DNA of 47,034 nt from Spirochaetota bacterium (GCA_022361115.1 JAKSBL010000019.1:1-47034), one strand, 5' to 3'; shown: positions 16,897 through 25,965, counted from the first letter of the stretch. Notes: generated by a model not told the origin, from the letters alone. Translations and numbers: made by a program.

Positions 16897-18171
16897 TTAT
16901 CCTATTAATTCAATATTGCCCTGGCATTGTTTGATCAATTTATGAAAGTTCGGGAAGGTGACACCAGCAGCTTCAGCTGTCTCAATTGTGGTTTCGCCAG
17001 GAAGCATTAATCCAGCTAGAGATAATGCCATCACTACCCGATGATCATGGTGTCCATTAACATGACTTGCTTTTAGCGGAGCTGGTTTGATCAGCATACT
17101 ATCTTCAAATTCTTCAATATTTGCTCCCATTTTGGTAAGTTCTTGAGTCATGACTGCAATCCGATCGGTTTCTTTAACCCTGGCTTGAGGAACATTGTAA
17201 AGTTTGGTTTCGGTTTCGGCAAAACAAGCCGCCACTGCTAAAGCAGGTAAGGAATCAGGTATGGCATTTAAATCAAATGCTCCTCCCTGCAAGGTATTGC
17301 CGGTAATGGTAATTTCTCCATTATCTAAAATATCAATCTTTGTTCCCATTTTAGTTAATATATTAAGGACTTCTTTGTCTCCTTGAGGATCACTGATATC
17401 CAGGTTTTTTAAAGTTATACATCCTTTACTAATTGCTGCTAAAACAGCAAAAAAGGTTGCACTGGAAAAATCGCCAGGGATAATCTGGTCAAATGCAGTA
17501 TAGGATTGCCCGCCTGGGATTACAAATTTTTTATAATCTTTGTTTTCATATTTTATTCCTAATTTATCCAGCCACCAGAGAGTAATATCAACATAGGGAA
17601 TTTCATTAAGCCGAGTTAGGCTGATAACCGTGTCTTGTTCAAACAAAGGAGCATTGATTAATAAAGAAGAAAGAAATTGTGAGCTTAATCCATCCAGTTG
17701 AGTCTCTCCTCCTTTGGCTCTGCCTTTTATGATAACAGGGACGGAGCCATTATTTCTTGTTGAGACTGTTTCTGCTCCTAGATTATTCAGCGCTTCCAAA
17801 ATTGGTCCTACAGGACGCTTGCGAATTTGCTGATCACCAGTAAAGATGGTATAACCATCAACTAGGGCTGCAGTGGAAAGGGCAATCCGTAGAGTTGTGC
17901 CAGAATTACCTACATCAATTACATTTTCTGGAACAGTAATTTTTCCGCCAGTCCCTCGTATTTCATAACCATCAGCCATTGTTTTGATTTGAGCTCCCAG
18001 CAAAGAACAAGCCTGAAGTGCAGATCTTCCATCCTGAGAATCTAAGGGATTTTTTATGATGCTTTTACCTTTTGCTAATGTGGCAAAAAAACAGGCCCGA
18101 ATGGTATGAGATTTTGAGCCTGGTATACTGACTGTACCAGAAATATTGGATTGACTGATTTTAAACTGCAT
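16897..18171 (-). CDS. aroA: 3-phosphoshikimate 1-carboxyvinyltransferase (EPSP synthase)
   Basis: 'GTVSIPGSKSHTIRA', 'GNSGTTLR', 'RKRPVGPILEAL' and 'VKETDRI'. I chose the ATG at 18171 ('MQFKISQ', AGGA 7 nt upstream, aligns with the AroA N-terminus) over the 18189 start. It ends 4 nt before the hydroxylase gene. Confidence 0.9.
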   Translation of the reverse strand: MQFKISQSNISGTVSIPGSKSHTIRACFFATLAKGKSIIKNPLDSQDGRSALQACSLLGAQIKTMADGYEIRGTGGKITVPENVIDVGNSGTTLRIALSTAALVDGYTIFTGDQQIRKRPVGPILEALNNLGAETVSTRNNGSVPVIIKGRAKGGETQLDGLSSQFLSSLLINAPLFEQDTVISLTRLNEIPYVDITLWWLDKLGIKYENKDYKKFVIPGGQSYTAFDQIIPGDFSSATFFAVLAAISKGCITLKNLDISDPQGDKEVLNILTKMGTKIDILDNGEITITGNTLQGGAFDLNAIPDSLPALAVAACFAETETKLYNVPQARVKETDRIAVMTQELTKMGANIEEFEDSMLIKPAPLKASHVNGHHDHRVVMALSLAGLMLPGETTIETAEAAGVTFPNFHKLIKQCQGNIELIG

Positions 18172-18201
18172 TTGACATCCTGTATTCATTAAATTGAAAA
18201 A

Positions 18202-18230
18202 AGTTTATCAGGAAGGATCATTTCTGTCAA
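18202..18230 (-). promoter_or_regulatory. Candidate sigma-70-type promoter for aroA
   Basis: On the - strand, TTGACA (18230-18225), a 17-nt spacer, then TAAACT (18207-18202). Confidence 0.4.
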
Positions 18231-18365
18231 TAGAACAATGATAATAATTTGAATGAAATAAAATCAAGAGGTGACCAGTTTCATTATTTTTCACCTGGAA
18301 TATGAGCGTGAATATAATCGACAGTTTGCTGTGCATTTTTACCTTTAATTGTCATTAAAGCAAGC

Positions 18366-18514
18366 GATCACGGATAACACAAGAAGACACAAAAGAACAG
18401 ATAAGAGAAAAAGGGTATAAAAAATCATCAGCCTGCAATACAACGTGGAAAACTCATTTTTCTTAAATTTTCTTTTCTGTGATCATATGTGTTCTTTTTG
18501 TGTTATCTGTGATC
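18366..18514. repeat. Imperfect inverted repeat pair in the aroA/ackA divergent intergenic region
   Basis: gatcacggataacacaagaaga (18366-18387) matches the reverse complement of 18493-18514 (gatcacagataacacaaaaaga) at 20 of 22 positions. The arms are 105 nt apart. Confidence 0.6.
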
Positions 18515-18604
18515 TATTTTTTTCAATATCGTTAATACAAAAAAATAAAGACACTAATTATAGTATTATTACCAAGAAAATTCAGAAATTCTTACTTTAC
18601 AAGA

Positions 18605-18633
18605 TTGACAGATTTAATGTATCGTATTATAAC
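18605..18633 (+). promoter_or_regulatory. Candidate sigma-70-type promoter for ackA
   Basis: TTGACA (18605-18610), a 17-nt spacer, then TATAAC (18628-18633), about 55 nt upstream of the ackA ATG. Confidence 0.45.
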
Positions 18634-18689
18634 GTAGGTATTATTTTGAGTGTAAAATTTATAATTTTTAAAATAAAGGAAGGCTTATT

Positions 18690-19886
18690 ATGTACGTACT
18701 TGTTTTTAACTGTGGTTCTTCTTCCATCAAATATCAACTGATTGATATTAATACTAAGGAAGCAAAATGTCGTGGATTATTAGAAAGAATTGGATTAACT
18801 GGTTCAAAGTTAACTCATCGTCTTGGTGAAGATAAACATATCATTGAAAAAGATATTGATAATCATGATATGGGAGCAAAAGTAATTTTTGATACAGTAA
18901 CTGATGCTAAAATGGGAGCCATTTCTGATTTAGGTGAAATCAGAGTGGTAGGTCACCGAGTTGTTCATGGTGGTGAAAACTATTCTCAAGCTGTTTTGAT
19001 AAACGGTGATGTTGAAAAAACAATTGAAGACTGTTTTGATTTAGCCCCTCTGCATAATCCAGCTAATCTCATGGGAATTCAAGCTTGTAAGAAGTTATTA
19101 GGAGATATTCCCCAGGTTGCCGTTTTTGATACTGCCTTTCATCAAACCATGCCTAAACATGCATATCTCTATGCTATTCCTTATGATTATTATACGAAAC
19201 ATAAAATTCGCCGTTATGGATTTCATGGTACCAGTCATAAGTATGTTTCTGAACGTGCAGCAGAAATCTTAGGTAAAAAATATGATGATTTAAAGATCAT
19301 TACCTGTCATTTAGGAAATGGTGCTTCAATTGCAGCAATCAAACATGGGAGATCAGTGGATACTTCAATGGGATTTACTCCATTAGCTGGTTTAATCATG
19401 GGAACCCGTTCTGGTGATATTGACCCTTCTATTGTTCCATTTTTGATGAAAGCGGAAGAGTTGAATGAAAAAGATGTTGACACCATTATGAACAAACATT
19501 CAGGTGTTCTGGGTATATCTGGTATTTCTTCTGATATGAGAGATATTGAAAACAAAGCCTGGAATGAAAAAAATGAACGGGCTCAATTAGCTTTAGATAT
19601 GTACCACTACCGTATTACTCAATATATTGGTGCTTATGCTGCAGCTATGAATGGGGTAGATGTGATTATTTTTACTGGTGGCGTTGGTGAGAAAGGCTCA
19701 GAAACAAGAGAAGAAATACTGAAAAACCTTTCCTATCTGGGAGTTAATCTAGATAAAGAGAAAAATAAACCACGTGGTGAAGAAATCATTGTAACAACAG
19801 CAGATTCTAAAACTATTGCTATGGTTGTACCAACCAATGAGGAATTAGAAATCGCCATGGAATCTTTAAAGATTGTAAATAAATAA
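18690..19886 (+). CDS. ackA: Acetate kinase
   Basis: 398 aa with 'VLVFNCGSSSIKYQL', 'GHRVVHGG', 'APLHNPANL', 'FDTAFHQTMP', 'YGFHGTSH', 'CHLGNGASI' and 'GGVGE'. Confidence 0.93.
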   Translation: MYVLVFNCGSSSIKYQLIDINTKEAKCRGLLERIGLTGSKLTHRLGEDKHIIEKDIDNHDMGAKVIFDTVTDAKMGAISDLGEIRVVGHRVVHGGENYSQAVLINGDVEKTIEDCFDLAPLHNPANLMGIQACKKLLGDIPQVAVFDTAFHQTMPKHAYLYAIPYDYYTKHKIRRYGFHGTSHKYVSERAAEILGKKYDDLKIITCHLGNGASIAAIKHGRSVDTSMGFTPLAGLIMGTRSGDIDPSIVPFLMKAEELNEKDVDTIMNKHSGVLGISGISSDMRDIENKAWNEKNERAQLALDMYHYRITQYIGAYAAAMNGVDVIIFTGGVGEKGSETREEILKNLSYLGVNLDKEKNKPRGEEIIVTTADSKTIAMVVPTNEELEIAMESLKIVNK

Positions 19887-19907
19887 CTTATTATTTATAC
19901 AGAATAA

Positions 19908-19938
19908 GGGGAAATAGCGATTTATTTCCCTTTTTTTT
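19908..19938 (+). terminator. Rho-independent terminator after ackA
   Basis: Stem gggaaat/atttccc within 19908-19930, followed by an 8-T run (19931-19938). Confidence 0.7.
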
Positions 19939-20227
19939 GCTTCATTGACTTTCTATTGCCTTTTATCGAAATAAATTGATCTTCTAATCATTACTTTTTT
20001 AATTAAATATATCGAGCTTATAAACTTTGAAACTCATTTTTTTAATTTTTTCCAGGATAAATTTTGTTTTTACAATTTTTGTAATATAATTATATGCATA
20101 AAATATCTATTTTTTTAGTGTTTTAAAAGAAATTAAGGAGTGTAATTACTAAAACACCAAAGCGGATTGAGATAAATCAAGCGAAATTATTAAAAATTTA
20201 CTGTTTTGATTTCAAATGGAGGAGAGA

Positions 20228-21088
20228 ATGAAAAAAAATCTGATTTTTATGTTGTTAATTTTTGCTGGATTGTCTCTGTTTTCAAAAGGAAACATTACCT
20301 GGAAAGCTGGTGCCCCACAATTTGTTCCTTACATGACTACTACAGGAAAGACCGGTTTTATTACTACTCCCAGTGCCTATTGTTCACCAATGGGAACATT
20401 AATATTTGGCCATGAATTAACTATTTCTTCCCGTTCACCAGTTGGGGTATTAGCTGTGATCAATAAAGTAACTTTTACTCCTCACTGGATTTTTGAGTTT
20501 GGATTCTCAAAGGAGTTGGCTTTTCTGGATAGTCCTTCTCCTCATTTTTACTTTGATAGTACTCCGTTTTTTATGCATTATAAGGTAAGGTTTTTAAATT
20601 GGAATCATGGAGCTTTAGCATTTGGACAGGATTTTGATCTGGTTCCGGATAACTCAGGAAACCCTTCCCGCGGATTAATGTCAACAACCATTTATGTGAT
20701 GTTTACTGGAGTAACAGATTTTATAGGTTCTTTTAATTTTGGTTTTGGTAAAACTTTCTATTTTACTGATGTGCCGGATCTCTTATTTAATTTTTATATT
20801 TCTTGGGTTTACTCCTTTGCAAAGCTGGATCATCGCTTACAGCTGGTTCTTGATTTTTCTAATGCAGATTATCGGGCTGGAGAAGACCTATTCAAAGTTG
20901 CTCATGAAGATCGGGCTTATTTAAATTTTCAGGTCAGAGGAGTACCAGTTAAAACCAAACAATTTCAATGGACCCTCATGATGACATTTTATGATCTTTT
21001 GGATATGGGCGGTACTGCTGTTCCTGGCGCTGTTTATGTAAATTTTAACATGAGTATCGGAACTACTTTTAATATTGATTTGTATTAA
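20228..21088 (+). CDS. Hypothetical secreted protein, possibly an outer-membrane beta-barrel
   Basis: Signal peptide 'MKKNLIFMLLIFAGLSLFS'. Aromatic-rich alternating pattern and a C-terminal '...TTFNIDLY' ending in an aromatic residue. I recognise no family. The start at the second ATG (20228) gives a canonical signal peptide. Confidence 0.4.
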   Translation: MKKNLIFMLLIFAGLSLFSKGNITWKAGAPQFVPYMTTTGKTGFITTPSAYCSPMGTLIFGHELTISSRSPVGVLAVINKVTFTPHWIFEFGFSKELAFLDSPSPHFYFDSTPFFMHYKVRFLNWNHGALAFGQDFDLVPDNSGNPSRGLMSTTIYVMFTGVTDFIGSFNFGFGKTFYFTDVPDLLFNFYISWVYSFAKLDHRLQLVLDFSNADYRAGEDLFKVAHEDRAYLNFQVRGVPVKTKQFQWTLMMTFYDLLDMGGTAVPGAVYVNFNMSIGTTFNIDLY

Positions 21089-21242
21089 TGCAATTCATAT
21101 TTATCAATATGAGATAATTATTGTCTCAGTATTTATTTTAAGCACTAAAAAACTGAGGTAAGTCAAGATTTTTTAAACCAAAGTTTTAGATTGTATTCTC
21201 TTTTTTATTTTTTTAACTATAATTAATAAAAAAGAGTATGAC

Positions 21243-22472
21243 ATGAAAAGAAAATTCTTTAAACATAAAATGAGCAAGTCACTAAGATTAAAATTTGTTT
21301 TTTTAATCTTAGTGGTAATTTTTTTGTCTTCCTGTCAATCCAGATTAAATCAGGATTATCTGACTACTGAAGAAAAAGAGTGGCTTAAGACTAATGGGAA
21401 TCAATTAAAGTTAGCAATAGAATGTAATTACCCCCCTTTTATTTTTCAGAATCAAAATGGTCAATCTGATGGAATCTCTATTGATTATATAAAATACATC
21501 GAACAACAACTAGGTATCCAATTTGAAAGAACTCATTGTTCAAACCTTGCAGATGTTTTTGAAAAAGTGAAAAAAAAAGAATTGGATATTGTGACCTCTG
21601 TAAAAAAGAATCCTGAACGATCAAAATTTCTCCTTTTTACCCAACCATATATTAAAATTCCCACAGTTATTGTAGTTAATAGTCAAGTGAATGACAATTT
21701 AACTGTTGATCAACTGAATCATAAAAAGATAGCAGTTGGTAATCAATATGGGGTTCATAATTTCTTGATGAAACATTATAGTCACTATAATATTGTACCA
21801 GTTACTGATGATTATGTTGGGTTACAAAGGTTAGTCTTTAATGAAGTAGATGTTTTAATCGCAGATACTGGTACGATTTCTTATATAATTGATCAAACTG
21901 GAATCAGTAACATGCGGATTGCAGGGCAAGTAGATTATCAGTATGATTTAAGTCTGGCTGTTCGTAAGGATTTGGTTTTACTCCAATCTATTTTGAACAA
22001 AACCATCAACCAGATGCCGGATAAAACCAGAAGATCCATTAAAGAGAAGTGGATTACTTTGGAGATAACTCCTTTTTTTCTGACGAGAGAATTTTTTATC
22101 TTTATCTTTTCACTTCTGGGAGCTATTCTTTTTATCGTAATCTGGAATTATACTCTTCACATAAAGGTTAAGCAAAGAACAAAAGAATTAGCAGATTATA
22201 AAAATCATCTTGAAGAGCTAGTAGAAGCACGTACCTTAGATCTTACCAATGCAAATGAACAACTGACTGAAGCATTGGCCAATGTAAATACCTTAAGTGG
22301 TTTACTTCCTATTTGTTCCAATTGTAAAAAGGTCAGAAATGATGATGGCTATTGGGGAAGTATTGAAAATTATATTCAGCAACATTCAGATGCAGATTTT
22401 AGTCACAGTCTTTGTCCGGATTGTGCAAATAAATTATATGGTGATTTAGCTAACGAAAAGAAAGATAAATAA
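21243..22472 (+). CDS. Membrane receptor with a periplasmic family-3 solute-binding domain, one TM segment, a coiled coil and a C-terminal 4-Cys module
   Basis: 409 aa. N-terminal signal/lipobox-like 'FLSSC'. SBP_bac_3-like region ('YPPFIFQNQNGQSDGISIDYIKYIE...'). TM segment 'FFIFIFSLLGAILFIVIWNYTL'. Heptad-like 'ELADYKNHLEELVEARTLDLTNANEQLTEAL'. Then 'LLPICSNCKKVRNDDGYWGSIENYIQQHSDADFSHSLCPDCANKLYG'. Confidence 0.7.
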   Translation: MKRKFFKHKMSKSLRLKFVFLILVVIFLSSCQSRLNQDYLTTEEKEWLKTNGNQLKLAIECNYPPFIFQNQNGQSDGISIDYIKYIEQQLGIQFERTHCSNLADVFEKVKKKELDIVTSVKKNPERSKFLLFTQPYIKIPTVIVVNSQVNDNLTVDQLNHKKIAVGNQYGVHNFLMKHYSHYNIVPVTDDYVGLQRLVFNEVDVLIADTGTISYIIDQTGISNMRIAGQVDYQYDLSLAVRKDLVLLQSILNKTINQMPDKTRRSIKEKWITLEITPFFLTREFFIFIFSLLGAILFIVIWNYTLHIKVKQRTKELADYKNHLEELVEARTLDLTNANEQLTEALANVNTLSGLLPICSNCKKVRNDDGYWGSIENYIQQHSDADFSHSLCPDCANKLYGDLANEKKDK

Positions 22473-22511
22473 AATTGATAAGAGAAAAAACAAGAAGATA
22501 AAAGTTGTTTT

Positions 22512-22952
22512 ATGAATGATCAAGTAGTTATTAAATCAGATATTATTCAGTTTAAAGATATGCAAGTAGCAGCAATTTTTACTGATTATCCGGAAGAAAT
22601 CAGAAGTCGATTATTATTCTTACGAAACCTGATATTTGAGGTGGCTGCTGCCACACCTGGTGTTGGAGAATTAGAGGAAACACTGAAATGGGGTGAACCG
22701 AGTTACCTTACTTCCAAATCAAAATCTGGAACTACAATTCGCATTAATCAACGAAATTCAGATACTGAAAAATATGCTTTTTATGTGAATTGTAAAACTA
22801 ATCTTATTGAAAGGTATAAAGATATTTTTCCGGGACTATTTCAATATGATGGAACCAGGGGAATCATATTTGATGTTCATCAGAAGATCCCTGTTGAGGA
22901 AGTTAAGCAGTGTATTTCAATGGCTTTAACTTATCATAAAAATAAGAGATAA
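22512..22952 (+). CDS. DUF1801 (YdhG-like) domain protein
   Basis: 146 aa. The pattern '...LRNLIFEVA......E.LKWGEPSY......' resembles DUF1801 family members. Weak, by-eye call. Confidence 0.45.
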   Translation: MNDQVVIKSDIIQFKDMQVAAIFTDYPEEIRSRLLFLRNLIFEVAAATPGVGELEETLKWGEPSYLTSKSKSGTTIRINQRNSDTEKYAFYVNCKTNLIERYKDIFPGLFQYDGTRGIIFDVHQKIPVEEVKQCISMALTYHKNKR

Positions 22953-22996
22953 TCCGGTTAGCATATACTTTTTTGACCGTATAAATAGATTCTTAA

Positions 22997-23291
22997 GGAA
23001 TAATAGATAATCTGCCCCAGCTCAAAGATAAGAGTTATGATGTAGTATATTTTGATCCTATGTTTGAAACAACTGATTACCTCAGCTTCCTCTATTCTTC
23101 CTCTGAAAACATTAGCAAATGGTGAAGTTCCTGACAAAAATGCTATCTCCCAAGCATGCAGAATTGCCAGGAGAAGAGTGGTGATGAAAGGGTATAAAAA
23201 TGACAATCTTTTGGCTGATTTAGGATTTACTAGGCTGGGAACCAAGCAAAAAATTATTTATGGGTATATTGATGTAGGTGAGAAAGGCTAA
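22997..23291 (+). pseudogene. 5'-truncated, frameshifted remnant of an RsmJ-like SAM-dependent methyltransferase
   Basis: One frame (open from 22997) reads 'GIIDNLPQLKDKSYDVVYFDPMFETT...' then stops. The ORF-track frame 23052-23291, a different frame, continues 'SSILPLKTLANGEVPDKNAISQACRIARRRVVMKG...IIYGYIDV'. Together these parallel E. coli RsmJ '...[50 protein letters not shown]...HRFDIY'. No N-terminal SAM-binding half is present. Confidence 0.5.
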
Positions 23292-23300
23292 TTAAAACTT

Positions 23301-23316
23301 TGGCATAGTTTTTGCT
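23301..23316 (+). promoter_or_regulatory. Sigma-54 (-24/-12) promoter upstream of the binding-protein gene
   Basis: TGGCAT-agttt-TTGCT (GG at 23302-23303, GC at 23314-23315). About 37 nt upstream of the ATG at 23353, with AGGAG in between. Confidence 0.6.
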
Positions 23317-23352
23317 AATTTTTGGAAAATATTTTTAGGAGTAACAAAAACT

Positions 23353-24096
23353 ATGAAACACTTTTTATTAATTTTACTGGCATTAATGATAGCTCCATTA
23401 GGTTATGGACAATCGGTTAATGATTTGACTTTTTATACTGAAGTTTACCCCCCTTTTAATTTTGAAAAAAATGGGAAAGCCGTTGGTATTTCAGTAGATT
23501 TATTAGTTGAGATGTTAAATATAGTAAATGTGAGTAAAAACATTGATGATATTCGCATTGTTCCATGGGCACGGGGATATAATGAAATTCAGAAAAAAGA
23601 TAATATTTGCTTATTTTCCATGACCAGAACAAAACAAAGAGAAAACCTTTTTAAATGGGTTGGTCCAATTGCTCCTACTAATACTTCATTATTGGCTTTG
23701 AAATCAAGAAATATACAAATTACAAAGGATGAGGATATTAAAAAATTTGTAGTTGGGGTGATCAATCAGGATATTGGAGAACAAAAATTATTAGAAAGAG
23801 GAATTCCAGTAGCTAATTTACAACCTACTTCAAGTCCTCGATCCATTATACAAAAACTAGAAGCAAAAAGAATTGATTTGTGGTGTTATGATAGTATTAC
23901 TGCTTTTTATTTGATCAAGAGTAATCAGTTTAATGTCTCTGATTATGAAGTGATTTATACTCTTGCGCAAAATGAATTATTTTTTGCTTTTAGTAAAAAT
24001 GTTTCAGACAAAATCATAAAATCATTACAGGATGCACTGGAGCAACTGGTAAAATCAGGTAAATATGACAAAATATTAGCTAAATATGCAAAATAA
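23353..24096 (+). CDS. Periplasmic family-3 (amino-acid type) solute-binding protein, with no adjacent ABC permease or ATPase
   Basis: 247 aa. Signal peptide 'MKHFLLILLALMIAPLGYG'. 'YTEVYPPFNFEKNGKAVGISVDLLVEM' is typical of SBP_bac_3. Confidence 0.8.
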   Translation: MKHFLLILLALMIAPLGYGQSVNDLTFYTEVYPPFNFEKNGKAVGISVDLLVEMLNIVNVSKNIDDIRIVPWARGYNEIQKKDNICLFSMTRTKQRENLFKWVGPIAPTNTSLLALKSRNIQITKDEDIKKFVVGVINQDIGEQKLLERGIPVANLQPTSSPRSIIQKLEAKRIDLWCYDSITAFYLIKSNQFNVSDYEVIYTLAQNELFFAFSKNVSDKIIKSLQDALEQLVKSGKYDKILAKYAK

Positions 24097-24101
24097 ATAC
24101 T

Positions 24102-24136
24102 AAAGGGCATCTTAAGATTACCTGGAGATGCCCTTT
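24102..24136 (+). terminator. Hairpin, probable terminator after the binding-protein gene
   Basis: 10-bp stem aaagggcatc/gatgcccttt (24102-24111 and 24127-24136). The T-run comes only after a further 14 nt, so this is weaker than a textbook terminator. Confidence 0.45.
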
Positions 24137-24328
24137 AGTATTAGTACTGATTTTTTCATGTTGACAGAAGGAATTATTTTTTTTATTATGTTATTGACAA
24201 TCCAAATGGTGCTGGTAATTCTTTTCATTCATACATTAACAATATATTTTCTATAAGAAAATATTCCAATTCTTATGAAGCACTATTGATTTACTATCCC
24301 AATCTCAAATTCCCAATTATCGATAAAG

Positions 24329-24344
24329 AGGCATCCTTTTTGCT
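24329..24344 (+). promoter_or_regulatory. Sigma-54-like promoter upstream of the enhancer-binding-protein gene
   Basis: AGGCAT-ccttt-TTGCT followed by AATT. It has the same extended motif as the other two sites and the same spacing to RBS and start (GTG at 24376). The first base deviates from consensus (A instead of T). Confidence 0.4.
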
Positions 24345-24375
24345 AATTCAGTATTAATTATAGAGGAGGCTTATT

Positions 24376-25965
24376 GTGAAAGTTCGATTACAGTTGTTTT
24401 TTAAAGATCGAATTGGAATTGTGGCTGAGATAACTGCCTTATTGGTAGATTATGATGTGAATATTACTGCTATGGAAGTCAATCGTAATTCAAATCATGC
24501 AGAAGTCTATCTGGAAGTTGAGGTAGGAAAGCAAAACCTTAATCGAGATGCTTATTATCATATGCTGAGTAAAATTTCAGATTTAAAAGAGATCAACTTT
24601 ATTGAAACACTCCCTTTTGAAGAAAAGGAAAACCGGTCTCAGGTTATCTTAAATAATATCAATGAGGGGGTTCTTTCTATTGATAATCAGGGTAAAATTA
24701 CCATGATCAATCAGTTTGCCCAAAAGATCCTGAATTGTAAACAGGATGAAGTGATCGGACAAGGCATTCAAAGTCTGAATTTGCCTGATTACTCCATTCT
24801 GGATTGCTTAAAAGGGAGAACTTTTGATAATCTGAAACAGGATCTGATTACTACCAATAAACGAATTCAGTTTTTTGCCTCAGGAAAACCAATCTATGAC
24901 TCCAATCATCAAATTATTGGTGCTGTCGAGATAATGAAAGATATGAAGGATATTAAAGATCTGGCAAAAACCTTATCTCAACCCCAGCAAATCAATTTTA
25001 GTGATTATATTGGAAAACACACAGCTGTTTGGGAAGCCATTTCCTTTGCTCAAAAAATAGCTCAAACTGATTCTATTATTTCTTTACGTGGTGAAAGTGG
25101 GACCGGGAAAGAGCTATTTGCCAGGGCAATTCATACTGAAAGTTGTCGAACTGGTTCTTTTGTTGCAATTAATTGTGCTGCTTTGCCGGAAGCATTACTG
25201 GAAAGTGAACTTTTTGGTTATGTTGGAGGTGCATTTACTGGAGCAAAAAAAGAAGGAAAACCTGGTTTGTTTGAGATTGCTAATAATGGTACAGTTTTTT
25301 TAGATGAAATTGGAGAAATGCCTATAAATCTCCAGGCAAAAATGTTGCGATTAATTCAAGAACAAAGGATTCGTAGAATAGGGGGAGCCAAAGAAATTGC
25401 TATAAATACCCGGATTATTACTGCTACTAATAAAGAATTGGAAAAAATGGTTAAAGAAAAAACATTTCGAGAAGATTTTTATTATCGAATTAATGTATTG
25501 CCTGTTTATCTTCCTCCCTTGAGGGAGCGTAAAGAAGATATTCCCATTTTAGTCGAGCATTTTTTATTTCAACTCTCTTCCAAATTGGATCAACCCAATA
25601 AAGTGATGACAGAACAGGCTCTGGAAAAACTAATGTGTCACAACTGGCCAGGTAATATTCGGGAGCTTCGTAATGTAATTGAACGAGCAGCTATTCTTTC
25701 AGATGAAACAAATATTGATGAAAGTAGAATTGTTTTTAGTCATGAGATTACAGAAAACAGAAAAGGACTAAAAAAAATCATACTAACAAACAAAATCAAA
25801 AATCATTCTCTATCTGCTATGCTGGATCGTCATGAAAATAAAATTTTATCTGAAGTTTTGCAAACTTCTAAAAGTATCCGTCAAGCTGCAAAATCTTTAG
25901 GAATTTCCCATAGCACTCTTATCAATAAGATTAAAAAATACAAACTGGCAGTGGTTACAAAATAA
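24376..25965 (+). CDS. Sigma-54-dependent transcriptional activator, TyrR-like architecture (ACT, PAS, AAA+, Fis-type HTH)
   Basis: 529 aa with a GTG start after AGAGGAGG. N-terminal ACT-like 'FKDRIGIVAEITALL'. PAS ('NINEGVLSIDNQGKITMINQFAQKIL'). Walker A 'GESGTGKE'. Intact 'GAFTGA'. 'WPGNIRELRNVIERA'. C-terminal HTH 'SIRQAAKSLGISHSTLINKIKKY'. Confidence 0.9.
   Translation: MKVRLQLFFKDRIGIVAEITALLVDYDVNITAMEVNRNSNHAEVYLEVEVGKQNLNRDAYYHMLSKISDLKEINFIETLPFEEKENRSQVILNNINEGVLSIDNQGKITMINQFAQKILNCKQDEVIGQGIQSLNLPDYSILDCLKGRTFDNLKQDLITTNKRIQFFASGKPIYDSNHQIIGAVEIMKDMKDIKDLAKTLSQPQQINFSDYIGKHTAVWEAISFAQKIAQTDSIISLRGESGTGKELFARAIHTESCRTGSFVAINCAALPEALLESELFGYVGGAFTGAKKEGKPGLFEIANNGTVFLDEIGEMPINLQAKMLRLIQEQRIRRIGGAKEIAINTRIITATNKELEKMVKEKTFREDFYYRINVLPVYLPPLRERKEDIPILVEHFLFQLSSKLDQPNKVMTEQALEKLMCHNWPGNIRELRNVIERAAILSDETNIDESRIVFSHEITENRKGLKKIILTNKIKNHSLSAMLDRHENKILSEVLQTSKSIRQAAKSLGISHSTLINKIKKYKLAVVTK

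Noticed and set aside
18284-18355. 23-codon minus-strand ORF (MTIKGKNAQQTVDYIHAHIPGEK) upstream of aroA as a possible attenuation leader peptide.
   Set aside because: It has no run of aromatic codons and no obvious terminator/antiterminator alternative downstream. It also lies upstream of the candidate aroA promoter, so it is probably a chance ORF.
18366-18514. Calling the 18.4-kb or 30.4-kb inverted-repeat elements MITEs or mobile elements outright.
   Set aside because: There are no flanking target-site duplications, no second copy within the window and no transposase. They are kept as repeats of unknown nature only.
18445-18741. 98-aa ORF upstream of and overlapping the ackA start.
   Set aside because: It covers the inverted-repeat and promoter region and runs into ackA in another frame. 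The sequence is low-complexity Phe/Ile/Leu-rich with no RBS, so it is most likely non-coding.
22958-23245. 95-aa minus-strand ORF and the 79-aa plus-strand ORF (23052-23291) as real genes.
   Set aside because: The plus-strand reading matches the C-terminus of an RsmJ-like methyltransferase only when two frames are combined, so the region is better explained as a pseudogene. The minus-strand ORF is its antisense shadow.
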